Virus record (IMG/VR): IMGVR_UViG_3300022698_000267
Coordinates: 124,001-188,000 of that record
Length of the DNA: 64,000 bases
Direction: 5' to 3' (one strand)
The notes under the pieces were generated by a model. That model had not been told where the DNA came from, did not search any database, and was given only the letters and a program-made list of their open reading frames with translations. This document shows positions 7,709 to 17,211 of the stretch, piece by piece (the first letter of the stretch is position 1; each line of letters starts with the position of its first letter). The translations under genes were made by a program, and so were the position numbers.

Positions 7709-7785
7709 GCGCTCATAGCTCAGCTGGACAGAGCAGGAGCCTTCTAAGCTTCAGGTCGTAGGTTCGAATCCTACTGGGCGTACCA
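7709..7785 (+). tRNA. tRNA-Arg(TCT)
   Basis: Cloverleaf, loop CT-TCT-AA, CCA. Confidence 0.95.
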
Positions 7786-7802
7786 TAAATTTCATAAAGT
7801 AC

Positions 7803-7831
7803 TTGACTTTTTGTTCCATATCCTATATAAT
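7803..7831 (+). promoter_or_regulatory. sigma70-type promoter (copy 4)
   Basis: TTGACT-17-TATAAT. Confidence 0.85.
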
Positions 7832-7856
7832 AAATTAAAAAATTAAGGAGGGAGCA

Positions 7857-8057
7857 ATGAGTGAGTACACTGTTCAAAGTGCAGATCCAAAGGAATTGAT
7901 TGCTGTGATTTCAAATCATGAATGGAAATGGGCAGATGTTAAAGCTACGAGAAAAGAAAATCTAGTGACTGTTCAGGAATTAGCAGGTAATTGTCTCGAT
8001 GAACTTGATGCAATTTTGGATTCTGTTCCCGGCAGTTACTACATACTATCTCATTAG
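7857..8057 (+). CDS. small hypothetical protein
   Basis: AAGGAGG RBS behind promoter. Confidence 0.7.
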   Translation: MSEYTVQSADPKELIAVISNHEWKWADVKATRKENLVTVQELAGNCLDELDAILDSVPGSYYILSH

Positions 8058-8071
8058 ATATTGTATCATGC

Positions 8072-8149
8072 GCCTTCGTAGCTCAGTTTGGTCAGAGCAG
8101 GGGACCTTTAATCCTTTGGTCGTAGGTTCGAATCCTACCGAGGGCACCA
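8072..8149 (+). tRNA. tRNA-Lys(TTT), C33
   Basis: Stem GGGGA/TCCTT, loop CC-TTT-AA, CCA. Confidence 0.88.
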
Positions 8150-8419
8150 AAGTAAAGGAGAAAGATGAAAGATAAATGTTGTATATGTGGCAGGGTTAAT
8201 GGTGATGGTGATTTAATTTCACACACTACTTGTATTAAATGCCATGTAAAACCTAGATTAAAACAACATGCAGCAATGATTAAAATTGCAATGCAAGCAA
8301 TACAGTACATGGGGATTAACTATGGATATGACAATTCTTCTATTGGCAATAGCTACTCTAGGAACTTTGGGTGTTTTCATTGCAAGGCAGCATGATGTTG
8401 TTGGTAACAAATAACTTAT

Positions 8420-8498
8420 CTGCGTGTAGCTCAGTCTGGTAGAGCGCTCGCTTTGGGAGCGAGAGGTTTCGGGAGTTCAATTCTCCCCACGCAGACCA
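8420..8498 (+). tRNA. tRNA-Pro(TGG)
   Basis: Cloverleaf, loop TT-TGG-GA, CCA. Confidence 0.95.
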
Positions 8499-8520
8499 TT
8501 AAAATAATTTCAAATAATAC

Positions 8521-8549
8521 TTGACATTTTTATTCATTTCCTATATAAT
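8521..8549 (+). promoter_or_regulatory. sigma70-type promoter (copy 5)
   Basis: TTGACA-17-TATAAT, then TTTAAGTGGTTGGGGAAA leader. Confidence 0.85.
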
Positions 8550-8586
8550 AGATTTAAGTGGTTGGGGAAATTATAAAGGAGATGTT

Positions 8587-8859
8587 ATGGAACTTTTTAA
8601 TTTAAATAGAGCAGTTGCAGAAATTACTTTTGCTAAACGTGATTTAAAAGCAGCTCTGCTTTTTGAAAAAGAAGATTCCGATATTATGATTCGTTCGGCA
8701 TTGGGTACGTTGAATGATGCTATCCAGGTTATTGAATTAAACAATAGATTAGATTCAAAGGTTATTTCTTTTCTGGTCGCTGTAAGAAGCTGGTACAAAA
8801 GAACCAGAAAGTTTTACTACGAGAAAGTAAAAGGATTAACTAATGAAAGCAAAGATTAA
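8587..8859 (+). CDS. hypothetical protein
   Basis: AAGGAG RBS. Confidence 0.65.
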   Translation: MELFNLNRAVAEITFAKRDLKAALLFEKEDSDIMIRSALGTLNDAIQVIELNNRLDSKVISFLVAVRSWYKRTRKFYYEKVKGLTNESKD

Positions 8860-9085
8860 TAAAGCAGGAAGGTTGCTTTTACAACGTAACGGAATTGATG
8901 ATGAAAATACTTATGTTACGCAAAGTTGTCGTTTTCAGATTGATCAATTCTGTGATGTTTTTTGTCCTTTGTTCGGTGAACCAAAAGTTGTAAGAGTAAT
9001 GACAAATGCACGATCCATTGAAACCATTCAACTTTCCCTCTGTCAAAAAACTTTGGTTTTTGAAGGCATAATTATCGAAAAATAA
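8843..9085 (+). CDS. hypothetical Cys-containing protein
   Basis: AAGGA RBS; C..Q...C...CPLFGEP motif. Confidence 0.6.
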   Translation: MKAKINKAGRLLLQRNGIDDENTYVTQSCRFQIDQFCDVFCPLFGEPKVVRVMTNARSIETIQLSLCQKTLVFEGIIIEK

Positions 9086-9098
9086 ATTCAAATAGTAC

Positions 9099-9127
9099 TT
9101 GACTTTTTGTTCTATGTCCTATATAAT
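9099..9127 (+). promoter_or_regulatory. sigma70-type promoter (copy 6)
   Basis: TTGACT-17-TATAAT. Confidence 0.85.
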
Positions 9128-9154
9128 GCATTTAAATCAATTGAGGAGGGAACA

Positions 9155-9991
9155 ATGAACAAAGACCTTATTAAAAGAGGAATCGAGAAGATGGGGGCAA
9201 ATGTTGCCTTCACAGGACTTCATTCCTTCCGTCGCAGTGCCCTGGATTTTGATATTGACGTTGTGGAGGACAAAAAGAAAGGTTCTTTTTTCTCTTTCGG
9301 TGTGGCAGATGAAGATGTATTTAACGATTTTACAATCCTGGACATTGATCCCAAAGATCGACACCTTCTTCTTATGAAGAAAGAAAAGATTATGGCGAGA
9401 GATGGAAAAAATGTCATGGATATGATAAAACATCGTCTTCTTCTCGGTCATGATGAAAGGGATTGGTTTTGTGCTGCCGTTCCTGGAAATGCTTCCACCA
9501 TTCAACAAGCAAAAGACGAACTTCGTCCCGATGCTGCTACCCATTCCATCAAGAAGCGTGGAAAGATCAAAAACCGGAACAAGAGAAAGAACAAGGGTTT
9601 CAAACGGCAGGGAGAATGGTTCTTTATTCCTACCAACCTTAACTTGGATGACGAGATTATTCATTCCAACGAGCCTATTGTTCGAACTGGTGGTGGAAAG
9701 CCTCATATCGTTTCTGAAATTGTTCGAATGGGAGGGCATACTGTCTATACCCATCCTCTTTTCGAAGGGGAAATTGGTCAGGAACAATACAGCGAGATTA
9801 TGAAAGATCCCACAACTGATTCCACTCATAAGATTGGATGGCAAACTTGGACCAGAGATGCAACAGTTTATGGTCGTGGGACTGTTCGTCATCCCGATCA
9901 CAAAACAATCAAACTTCCCGGATGGCATTTAATCCTGGCTAACTTGGAAGACAAAACACCTCTTAGAAGGAATCTGACCTTCCTGGATTAA
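9155..9991 (+). CDS. phage hypothetical protein
   Basis: GAGGAGG RBS; GHDERDWF, RQGEWFFIP and VRHPDH motifs. Confidence 0.8.
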   Translation: MNKDLIKRGIEKMGANVAFTGLHSFRRSALDFDIDVVEDKKKGSFFSFGVADEDVFNDFTILDIDPKDRHLLLMKKEKIMARDGKNVMDMIKHRLLLGHDERDWFCAAVPGNASTIQQAKDELRPDAATHSIKKRGKIKNRNKRKNKGFKRQGEWFFIPTNLNLDDEIIHSNEPIVRTGGGKPHIVSEIVRMGGHTVYTHPLFEGEIGQEQYSEIMKDPTTDSTHKIGWQTWTRDATVYGRGTVRHPDHKTIKLPGWHLILANLEDKTPLRRNLTFLD

Positions 9992-10402
9992 CTAAGGAGG
10001 ACAAGATGTTGCGTTATCTCAACACATTTTTAATACTGTTTGCTACTCTTCTTGTCTTAATGGCTTCTGATAACTTGGAAGACATAAGATTGTTTGTTGC
10101 TACCATACTACTGCTATTTTGTGCAGCTATCAGCTTTGCAAGAGCTACATAACTAGGAGGACAAGATGGCTTTTTTACCTGATAATACAGTACAACCAAG
10201 AGTAGTAACAACTTGGGATTCTTTACCTCCGGTGGTAGAGGCATATGGTGAAACTTTTTCAACAAGGGTTTTGGCATATAACTATAGTAAGATGCAAAAA
10301 GCTTTGGAATCAATTCGAGATCATGGCTTAGACGCAAAGCAATGTCGTGATGCGGCTTCAGATGCTTTAACTCATGTAATATAAAATAAATTCAAATAAT
10401 AC

Positions 10403-10431
10403 TTGACATTTTTCCCTCTATCATATATAAT
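10403..10431 (+). promoter_or_regulatory. sigma70-type promoter (copy 7)
   Basis: TTGACA-17-TATAAT. Confidence 0.85.
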
Positions 10432-10664
10432 GTTGTTAAATTAAAAGATAGGGGGGATTTTCATTATGGAAGACAACACAGTAAAGATAGTTGCTAATAA
10501 CGAAGTGGTTGAGTTGCATATGTTCGGTAAATTTGAGGCCAGTTGGGATCTGGATACTGGTGTGGATGTGACCAAAACCATTCTTCCATATGCAGTGAAA
10601 AGAGCCGTTGAAATTGGTAAAGAGCGTAAGGCGGTGGAAATTCGAAAAGTACTGGGGTGCTAAT

Positions 10665-11123
10665 ATGGAAAAGAAAGTGGTTGAAAAGTATGGCTTGAGG
10701 CTAAAGGATACCGATGAGGTGCTCGGTTATTATCATGAGAGTAATCATGGAGCTGACTTTGCTGGTGATACTCGTTGTCATCTTTCTACCTCTGAAGATA
10801 AAATGTGGTTGGTAGATGATAAATATCAGGCTGAATATGTTCGCAATTTTACTACTCCTTGGTACAATGCCGGTTATGAAACTCCTATGAATGATTTTGA
10901 TCCAGATGAACTGGAAGTGGTGAAGGTTAAAATTGTCACCGAAGTGAAAGCAGAAGAAGTATCGGTTCCAACTTTCGAACAATACCTGGAATTGAAGTAC
11001 AAGGAAAAAGAACCTGCCCATTATGAGTACACTTTGAAGGAGTATAAGGAACATCCTCAATCATTTTCGGCTTATAGTGTTTATGATCTTCTCGAGTTAG
11101 TACAAAAGAAATTGTGGAGATAA
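10665..11123 (+). CDS. hypothetical protein
   Basis: 152-aa ORF coupled to the upstream ORF 10466-10663. Confidence 0.7.
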   Translation: MEKKVVEKYGLRLKDTDEVLGYYHESNHGADFAGDTRCHLSTSEDKMWLVDDKYQAEYVRNFTTPWYNAGYETPMNDFDPDELEVVKVKIVTEVKAEEVSVPTFEQYLELKYKEKEPAHYEYTLKEYKEHPQSFSAYSVYDLLELVQKKLWR

Positions 11124-11126
11124 CAA

Positions 11127-11590
11127 ATGTTTGTACAATGGAGTTGTGGATGTGTTGGACTAAAACTCAGGAACCGTTGCATTGTTATGGATTCCTGTAA
11201 TGAAGTTCATACTAAAACTAAGATTAAACAAGAGGTACTTATTTCTTCTGATCTTCATAACTATCCATATATTCCTTTAACTATTCAGAAGGCAGAAATC
11301 TATACGGATAGATTTTGCGAATTGCTTGAAACTTGTATTGGAGGTATATAATGTTTGTACAATGGAGTTGTGGATGTATTGGTTTGTTATTGGATGATGT
11401 TTGCATCGTTATTGACGAGTGTGATGGTCCAGATACTTTGAGTTTTAAACCACGTCCGGATCTTGCAGATAAGTCCTATCATCCTATATCTCGTGGTCAT
11501 CGAGCTGATCTCATTGAAAAAATGGAGACACAGATGGTGGATGGTTATAAATGGGAAACTTTCTTGGAGCTTGTACATAAAGACGATTAA
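11127..11590 (+). CDS. two tandem paralogous small proteins (11127-11351 and 11351-11590)
   Basis: Both start MFVQWSCGC(V/I)GL with identical first 27 nt. Confidence 0.7.
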
Positions 11591-11681
11591 CTTATAGAAC
11601 AAAATATCCCTCCCAACCCAACCCTGAAGATTAAGGGATCATTTCTGATCCCTTTTTCTTTGTAAAAAGTTCAAATAGTAC

Positions 11682-11710
11682 TTGACTTTTTAGTTCGTAG
11701 TCTATATAAT
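11682..11710 (+). promoter_or_regulatory. sigma70-type promoter (copy 8)
   Basis: TTGACT-17-TATAAT + GGTTGGGG leader. Confidence 0.85.
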
Positions 11711-12030
11711 ACGTTTAAGTGGTTGGGGAAAACAGTAAGGAAGGATAGAAGGAGGAACTTTACTTGGAACTTTATAAGGAGCCTTATTTGAATAAAGATG
11801 GCAGGATTTTTCTTACCAAAGGTGGTAAGCCTAATAAAAACAGAAAGAATAAAAGGCTATCTAGGTTAAAATCTGATCTTCGGAAGTTAAATGGTCTTCC
11901 CCCCTATAACGATATGTCTAATATTTGCTGGGGGGATAGTTACTTCAATAAAAGCATTAGAAGTCGTTATAGTAAATCAGAGATTAAACAGGCTGAAAAA
12001 GAGTTGGGTTTAAAATAAGGGAGGTGGCAA

Positions 12031-12435
12031 ATGAAATATGAAGCAGCTGTTAGAGATTTTACACCTGGTTTCACGAAAGATGAATTGGATGATCTGAGAA
12101 AGAAAATTAACAAGGCTTTGGCAGCTTTCAAGGATCAGGGAATCAACATTTCCATCAAGGGAGGAATTCGTTACGGTAATGGAGCTTTTTCCTGTAAGAT
12201 CGAGGGTTTGAAAGAAGGATTTGATTCGAGAGAAGTTTCCGCTTACAAACTTAACTCCAAATTATATAACTTGCCTCCTCTTGGATCGAAGATTGAAGTT
12301 GGTGGAAAGCAGTTTACAATTCGAGGCTTCAATACACGGGCTCGAAAAAACAAGATCCTTTTAACTGGGGTTCACGATGGAAAGGGTTATCATGCATCCA
12401 TTCCCCAACTTCAACGTGCAATTGTTGTCTCCTAA
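12031..12435 (+). CDS. hypothetical protein
   Basis: GGAGG RBS, 134 aa. Confidence 0.7.
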   Translation: MKYEAAVRDFTPGFTKDELDDLRKKINKALAAFKDQGINISIKGGIRYGNGAFSCKIEGLKEGFDSREVSAYKLNSKLYNLPPLGSKIEVGGKQFTIRGFNTRARKNKILLTGVHDGKGYHASIPQLQRAIVVS

Positions 12436-12514
12436 TCATTAATCTCATCACTATCCTCCCAAAGGGTTAGTCTTCATGATGACCCTTTTCCTTGTAAAAA
12501 AATTCAAAAAGTAC

Positions 12515-12543
12515 TTGACATTTTGTTCAAAATAATATATAAT
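12515..12543 (+). promoter_or_regulatory. sigma70-type promoter (copy 9)
   Basis: TTGACA-17-TATAAT. Confidence 0.85.
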
Positions 12544-12847
12544 GTATTTAATGGTGAGGGTGATAGGGTAAATTAAAAAGGGAGGTAGTAAAATGGGGTA
12601 CAAAAATTTTGGTGTTGATGTTTCACTTGCTAATGAAATCAGGGGCTACATCAAAAATGGTGACGTGAAAAATCTGGTGAAAATTTGTGGGCAACTTGAC
12701 ACTACTCCACGTGAGTTGGTGATGCTTGAATGTGAACCAACTCTCCGTGATGCTGTATGTGAAAAATTGGGGTTCGTTTGGGTCGGTTAATTTAAAATTG
12801 GGGGGTTTCAACCCCCCAAAAAAAATTAAAAAATATTCAAAAAGTAC

Positions 12848-12876
12848 TTGACATTTTGCTCCAAATAATATATAAT
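12848..12876 (+). promoter_or_regulatory. sigma70-type promoter (copy 10)
   Basis: TTGACA-17-TATAAT. Confidence 0.85.
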
Positions 12877-12926
12877 ACGAATAAGACGTTGGGGAAATGG
12901 TTAAAATTTAAATGGGAGGTAGCAAA

Positions 12927-13202
12927 ATGGTAGAGAAAATTAAAAAGTATTTTGAGTTGAAGGACCAGATGAAAGCTTTGGATACGGAGCTGAAGGGGAT
13001 TCGGGATGATATTTTCACTGCGTTCGGCGGAGCCAAAGTTGAAATCGAGGTTGATGGTACCAAGGTTCGGTGTCAAACCAAAACACGTTCCACCAAGCGT
13101 TGCAGTTGGGACGCCCTCAAGGAGGCCAACGAAGATCTTTACAATCGTGTGGTAACCGAATCTGAGTCTTCCTACTACGAGCTGAGAAAATTGGCTCGTT
13201 AG
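12927..13202 (+). CDS. small hypothetical protein, paralog of 30818-31093
   Basis: Shared YFELKDQ..KVRCQTK..TESESSYYELRKLAR. Confidence 0.8.
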   Translation: MVEKIKKYFELKDQMKALDTELKGIRDDIFTAFGGAKVEIEVDGTKVRCQTKTRSTKRCSWDALKEANEDLYNRVVTESESSYYELRKLAR

Positions 13203-13215
13203 TTACCCACCCCAC

Positions 13216-13235
13216 TGGGGGGCTTCGGCCCCCCA
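13216..13235 (+). terminator. GC hairpin with C(UUCG)G tetraloop
   Basis: TGGGGGGC-TTCG-GCCCCCCA; similar hairpins near 31814 and 32544. Confidence 0.6.
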
Positions 13236-13813
13236 CCCATTCTTTCAGCTTCCTATCCAATCTGCAAACAATCGTTGCAAACTGCTTAACTATATGAACA
13301 AAGGATGAATATTACTAAATACTTTCTAAGGAGGGGAAGTATGAAAGAAATCAACTTACGTTACATGCTTTCTATTCATCCTGGACTTGGAATTTACAGA
13401 TTATGTATTGTATTTGCAGAGGATGAAGAGAACTATTATGGTCATTGGGTCGTTGATGTTGGAGATTTCAAGACTAAGTTTCCGAAGAAGGGGACCAGAG
13501 CATTGACTGAAGAAGAGGTAGAGAATTACAACAGTTTTCGTTTTAGAAGAACGAAAGGTATTGTATTCGAAATTAAGATGAATTACGATGGTACTCCGAA
13601 AGGACTGAAGAAAAAATTTGAGTAATTTATGGAAAAGGTAAGAGATCAATTAGAGAAAGCATTCGAATATCTTACAGAGTGTGAGAAACAACCAACCTTC
13701 TTTTGCTTGGAACAAATGGAGAAGTACATTCGAAGATCCCTTACTTTTGTTGAGGAAGAAAGAACAAGAATAAATATGAAAATGCGTTTATTGAAAAAAA
13801 ATTCAAAAATTAC

Positions 13814-13842
13814 TTGACATTCTACTAAAATTTTGTTATACT
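13814..13842 (+). promoter_or_regulatory. sigma70-type promoter (copy 11)
   Basis: TTGACA-17-TATACT. Confidence 0.85.
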
Positions 13843-13886
13843 ACATTTAAGAGGTTGGGGATAACATTTAAACAAGGAGGAAGCAA

Positions 13887-14264
13887 ATGGGTAACGTAGA
13901 AAAGAAAGAAGGATACAATCAAGTTTGTGTATGGCCGGGAACCGTGCTTGGTGAAAGTACACCAGCAGATTTTGAGAAGTGGTTGAAGGACGAGTTTGGG
14001 GTTGAAGGTCAGTACTTGGAGGAAATCGAAACCAGTCCTGATATGGAGAATGGAAAACCGGTTTCCAATACTGGCGGTCGAAGCGATTTATTCTTCGCCA
14101 TTCACGATGAAGACGTTGACAAGTTTGTCCTTCCCAAGCTTCGAATAGGAGCCCGATGGGTCGAAGATGTTCTGGCCGATGTCAATTACACCTCCCCTAT
14201 CTATCCAAAACGGGTTTTCGACTATTGTTCCTGGAACAAAGAAAATCTTGCTGTCTCGGCGTAA
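13887..14264 (+). CDS. hypothetical protein
   Basis: AAGGAGG RBS, 125 aa. Confidence 0.75.
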   Translation: MGNVEKKEGYNQVCVWPGTVLGESTPADFEKWLKDEFGVEGQYLEEIETSPDMENGKPVSNTGGRSDLFFAIHDEDVDKFVLPKLRIGARWVEDVLADVNYTSPIYPKRVFDYCSWNKENLAVSA

Positions 14265-14289
14265 AACATACTAAACTAATAGAACAAAC

Positions 14290-14379
14290 GGCGGGTTGTC
14301 CGAGTCTGGTTAATGGTGCTTGACTTGAAATCAAGTGGATGTAAAAGTCCCGTGGGTTCGAATCCTACACCCGCCGCCA
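14290..14379 (+). tRNA. tRNA-Ser(TGA)
   Basis: Long variable arm, loop CT-TGA-AA, G73, CCA. Confidence 0.95.
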
Positions 14380-14401
14380 ACAACTAACTAAGAGAACAAA
14401 T

Positions 14402-14809
14402 ATGGATATTACTTGGGGTGAAGCACAGGAGTTAGTTCAAGACTTAGCAAAGTGGATAAGAGAGAAGAATCTTTTAGCCATAACAAGAGGAGGTCTTGTC
14501 CCTGCTGCTATGCTATCTCATGTAAATGACTTCGACATTATCGATACAGTATGCATTACAAGCTACGTAGACCGGCAACAAGGGCAGTTAAGAGTTTCCA
14601 AATGTCCTGACATAGGGACTGGCTTAGGATGGTTTATACTTGACGATATCGTCGATTCAGGTGAGACCATAAAAACTCTTAGAAGATTATTTCCTGATGC
14701 TCAATACGGAGCATTGATTGCAAAACCCGATGGGGTTGATCAGATCAACTCTTATTCTCTTTTAGTTCCACAAGATACATGGGTAATTTTTCCTTGGGAG
14801 AAAGACTAA
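14402..14809 (+). CDS. purine phosphoribosyltransferase (Gpt-like)
   Basis: AITRGGLVPA, ILDDIVDSGET PRPP-binding loop, WVIFPWE. Confidence 0.9.
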   Translation: MDITWGEAQELVQDLAKWIREKNLLAITRGGLVPAAMLSHVNDFDIIDTVCITSYVDRQQGQLRVSKCPDIGTGLGWFILDDIVDSGETIKTLRRLFPDAQYGALIAKPDGVDQINSYSLLVPQDTWVIFPWEKD

Positions 14810-15180
14810 TGGCAAAATCAAGTATGAAGGATATTGTTAAAGCAATTCAAGAAGGTTACTACGAAAGCAAAGTTCCTTATCCTGGATCGAAACCTTTAAA
14901 GCCAAAACCTCTTCTTGGAAAAGAATACAATGAATTGAATAAAAAGGCTCTTAAAATCTATGAAGGTTTAATATCAGAGCACAACGAGAAAGTTCTGGTC
15001 TATCGAAAAGAACAAGCCAGATTAGCCAAGGAATTTCGTGAAGATGCTCTCGAGTATGTTGGATTAACTGGTCATTTGAAAGCTGATAAGGCTTTCGAAT
15101 TGGCTTGGGATAAAGGGCATAGTTCAGGACTTTATGAAGTATTAACAAATCTGGAAGAACTAGCGGAGCTTTTGATATGA
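14809..15180 (+). CDS. hypothetical protein
   Basis: Coupled start; AWDKGHSSG motif. Confidence 0.7.
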   Translation: MAKSSMKDIVKAIQEGYYESKVPYPGSKPLKPKPLLGKEYNELNKKALKIYEGLISEHNEKVLVYRKEQARLAKEFREDALEYVGLTGHLKADKAFELAWDKGHSSGLYEVLTNLEELAELLI

Positions 15181-15473
15181 ACAAGGCCTTTACATCTCCT
15201 GAGGAAGTAATAGCTTATCTTACTGAATGTACGTTGGCAACGGTTATTACAATGGCGTCTAAAAAAAGACGTTCGCAGAATGAATTTAATCGTCAAATAA
15301 GTATTGCTCAAACTGGAATAGATGCTTTAATACAGTTTAAAGTTCCTATTCCACTTAATTCAGGCTATGGAAGAGTTGATGTTGTTCTTAATGATTACAA
15401 ACAATCTGTTAAGGATTGGGTTGTTAGTAAGATGGAGGAGTGGCCGAGTCAGGTCAAGGCAGCAGTTTGCTAA
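15177..15473 (+). CDS. hypothetical protein, paralog of 16044-16310; 3' end overlaps tRNA-Ser
   Basis: AYLTECTLATV.TMA.KKR shared with 16044. Confidence 0.7.
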   Translation: MNKAFTSPEEVIAYLTECTLATVITMASKKRRSQNEFNRQISIAQTGIDALIQFKVPIPLNSGYGRVDVVLNDYKQSVKDWVVSKMEEWPSQVKAAVC

Positions 15474-15522
15474 ACTGTCGAATGTAAAAGTTCCGGGGGT
15501 TCAAATCCCTCCTCCTCCGCCA
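15434..15522 (+). tRNA. tRNA-Ser(GCT)
   Basis: Long variable arm, loop TT-GCT-AA, G73, CCA. Confidence 0.93.
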
Positions 15523-15541
15523 AAATAATTTCAAATAATAC

Positions 15542-15570
15542 TTGACATTTTCATTCATTTCCTATATAAT
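15542..15570 (+). promoter_or_regulatory. sigma70-type promoter (copy 12)
   Basis: TTGACA-17-TATAAT; nearly identical to copy 5. Confidence 0.85.
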
Positions 15571-15761
15571 AGATTTAAGTGGTTGGGGGAAATATTAATA
15601 CGGAGGAAAGATAATGAAACCTACTAAATTCCTTTGTTCCAATGCCAAAGATTTTTGTTGTGGAAAAGCTAACAAGTTGACCATGAAAGGTGTCATTCGG
15701 GCCATTTGTAAGAAAGAAGCCAAGATCGAAATCAAAGAACAGTTGGTGGAAGATAAGTAAT

Positions 15762-15848
15762 GGGTCGGTGTGCTTAGTGGCGAGAGCAGCGGACTGTAAA
15801 TCCGTGACAAATGAAACATCGTGGGTTCGACTCCCACCCGGCCCTCCA
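15762..15848 (+). tRNA. tRNA-Tyr(GTA)
   Basis: Loop CT-GTA-AA, long variable region, CCA. Confidence 0.9.
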
Positions 15849-16043
15849 CTTAACTAGGAGAACAAAATGAGTGTTTCTATTAAACTTACGGAAAAAGAGC
15901 ATTTTGATGTTATCAGACCTTTTACATCTATCATCGTTCCTGGAATGCGATATATTGGACAATGGTCTGGCGGTCCAATCGTTAAATTTGATGAAGAATC
16001 AGAATCTTACAAAAGATTTCTTGAATTACATGAGGGGTAGTAA

Positions 16044-16310
16044 ATGCACTTTTATCATATAGCTTCTTCAGAAGATGCATTGGCCTATTTGCTAGATTGT
16101 ACTTTGGCTACTGTGGAAACAATGGCTGAAAAGAAGAGGATTCCTAAGTATGAATATGAACGTCATGTTGGAATAGCACAGAGGAATTTGGAATTGTGTA
16201 GGAAGTTCGATTGTAATATTGCTGGAACCAGAGGACAGAAGGTGATGGAAGAGTTTAATGGTGATGTTTCAGAATATGGACTTTCTATTCAAATACAAAC
16301 TAATACTTGA
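16044..16310 (+). CDS. hypothetical protein, paralog of 15177
   Basis: AYLLDCTLATVETMAEKKR. Confidence 0.7.
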   Translation: MHFYHIASSEDALAYLLDCTLATVETMAEKKRIPKYEYERHVGIAQRNLELCRKFDCNIAGTRGQKVMEEFNGDVSEYGLSIQIQTNT

Positions 16311-16335
16311 CAAAACCTTTCAAATACACTATAAT
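16307..16335 (+). promoter_or_regulatory. sigma70-type promoter (copy 13) driving a candidate ncRNA
   Basis: TTGACA-17-TATAAT; boxA-like TGTTCTTTGAAAA at 16357-16369. Confidence 0.8.
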
Positions 16336-16365
16336 AGTATAAGAAGTTGGAATTTTTGTTCTTTG

Positions 16366-16683
16366 AAAAAGGAAGTTAAGCTGGAGAAAGCGACAATTGT
16401 GAAACGATGCACTTAGAGTCGAAGTAGCTTTGCAGCTTTAATTGATGGGATTCCCCCGGTTAGACCCCCTTGTCCGTCCACAACTGGTGGACGCGGCGGC
16501 TGACGGTCCTGGATGAAGAACAGCCGCCCTTTTTGGGTTCCGGGAATTGCTGGAATTTGCCAGTGTATAAAGCGGTTTTGGTTCTGAAGCCCAACGGTAC
16601 CCATACGTGAATATGATAAGACATCCGGAGTCTTAACTTAATGAACAAGTCAAATAATTGGCCTCCAGTTTAACTTCCTTTTT
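16366..16683 (+). ncRNA. candidate large structured ncRNA (about 318 nt)
   Basis: 21-bp terminal stem 16366-16386/16663-16683 with one G-U; several internal GC hairpins; no credible ORF. Confidence 0.7.
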
Positions 16684-16697
16684 GAATGAACAATTAT

Positions 16698-16772
16698 CGC
16701 GGGTTAGCCAAGAGGTAAGGCACCAGACTCATATTCTGGAGATCGTGGGTTCGATTCCCACACCCGCAACCA
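16698..16772 (+). tRNA. tRNA-Met(CAT), initiator-like acceptor
   Basis: C1-A72 mismatch (CGCGGGT/ACCCGCA), loop CT-CAT-AT, CCA. Confidence 0.9.
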
Positions 16773-16818
16773 AATTTTTATACCTTCATTAAAATTCTCA
16801 AAAATCAGTAAATAATAC

Positions 16819-16847
16819 TTGACTTTTATTTCTAGATATTATATAAT
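16819..16847 (+). promoter_or_regulatory. sigma70-type promoter (copy 14)
   Basis: TTGACT-17-TATAAT. Confidence 0.8.
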
Positions 16848-17047
16848 ATTGGAAATAAAAGTTAGTCATCATGGAGAATTTAAATGACAAAACAATCAAA
16901 GATTATGGTGACAATGCGGGTTCAGAAAACAATTGCCTTTGAAAATTTTGAAGACGATTATGTTGGTCAATTGAATGAGATGATTGGTCAATTGAATAAT
17001 CTGGGTTACGCAGTTGATGTTGAGTCAGAAGATGATGTTTAATATGC

Positions 17048-17126
17048 AGTCCCTTAGTCTAGTCTGGTCTATGACGCCAGCCTGTCACGCTGGAGATCGC
17101 GGGTTCAAATCCCGTAGGGACTGCCA
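17048..17126 (+). tRNA. tRNA-Asp(GTC)
   Basis: Loop CT-GTC-AC, G73, CCA. Confidence 0.95.
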
Positions 17127-17133
17127 AAACCTT

Positions 17134-17211
17134 GGACCCTTAGACCAAAATGGTAAAGGTCATGGGACTTTCAATCCCATAACGCGGGTTCAATTCCCGC
17201 AGGGTCTACCA
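17134..17211 (+). tRNA. tRNA-Glu(TTC)
   Basis: Loop CT-TTC-AA, CCA. Confidence 0.93.

Noticed and set aside
9137-9928. Long antisense ORFs (also 1316, 19285, 44203, 45079, 61635)
   Set aside because: They shadow well-supported genes on the opposite strand and have no motifs or RBS.
16366-16683. RNase P, tmRNA or SRP identity
   Set aside because: No GAGGAAAGTCC P4, no tRNA-like ends or tag ORF, and the GGTCC..CAGCC hairpin lacks the SRP GNRA loop and symmetric loop.
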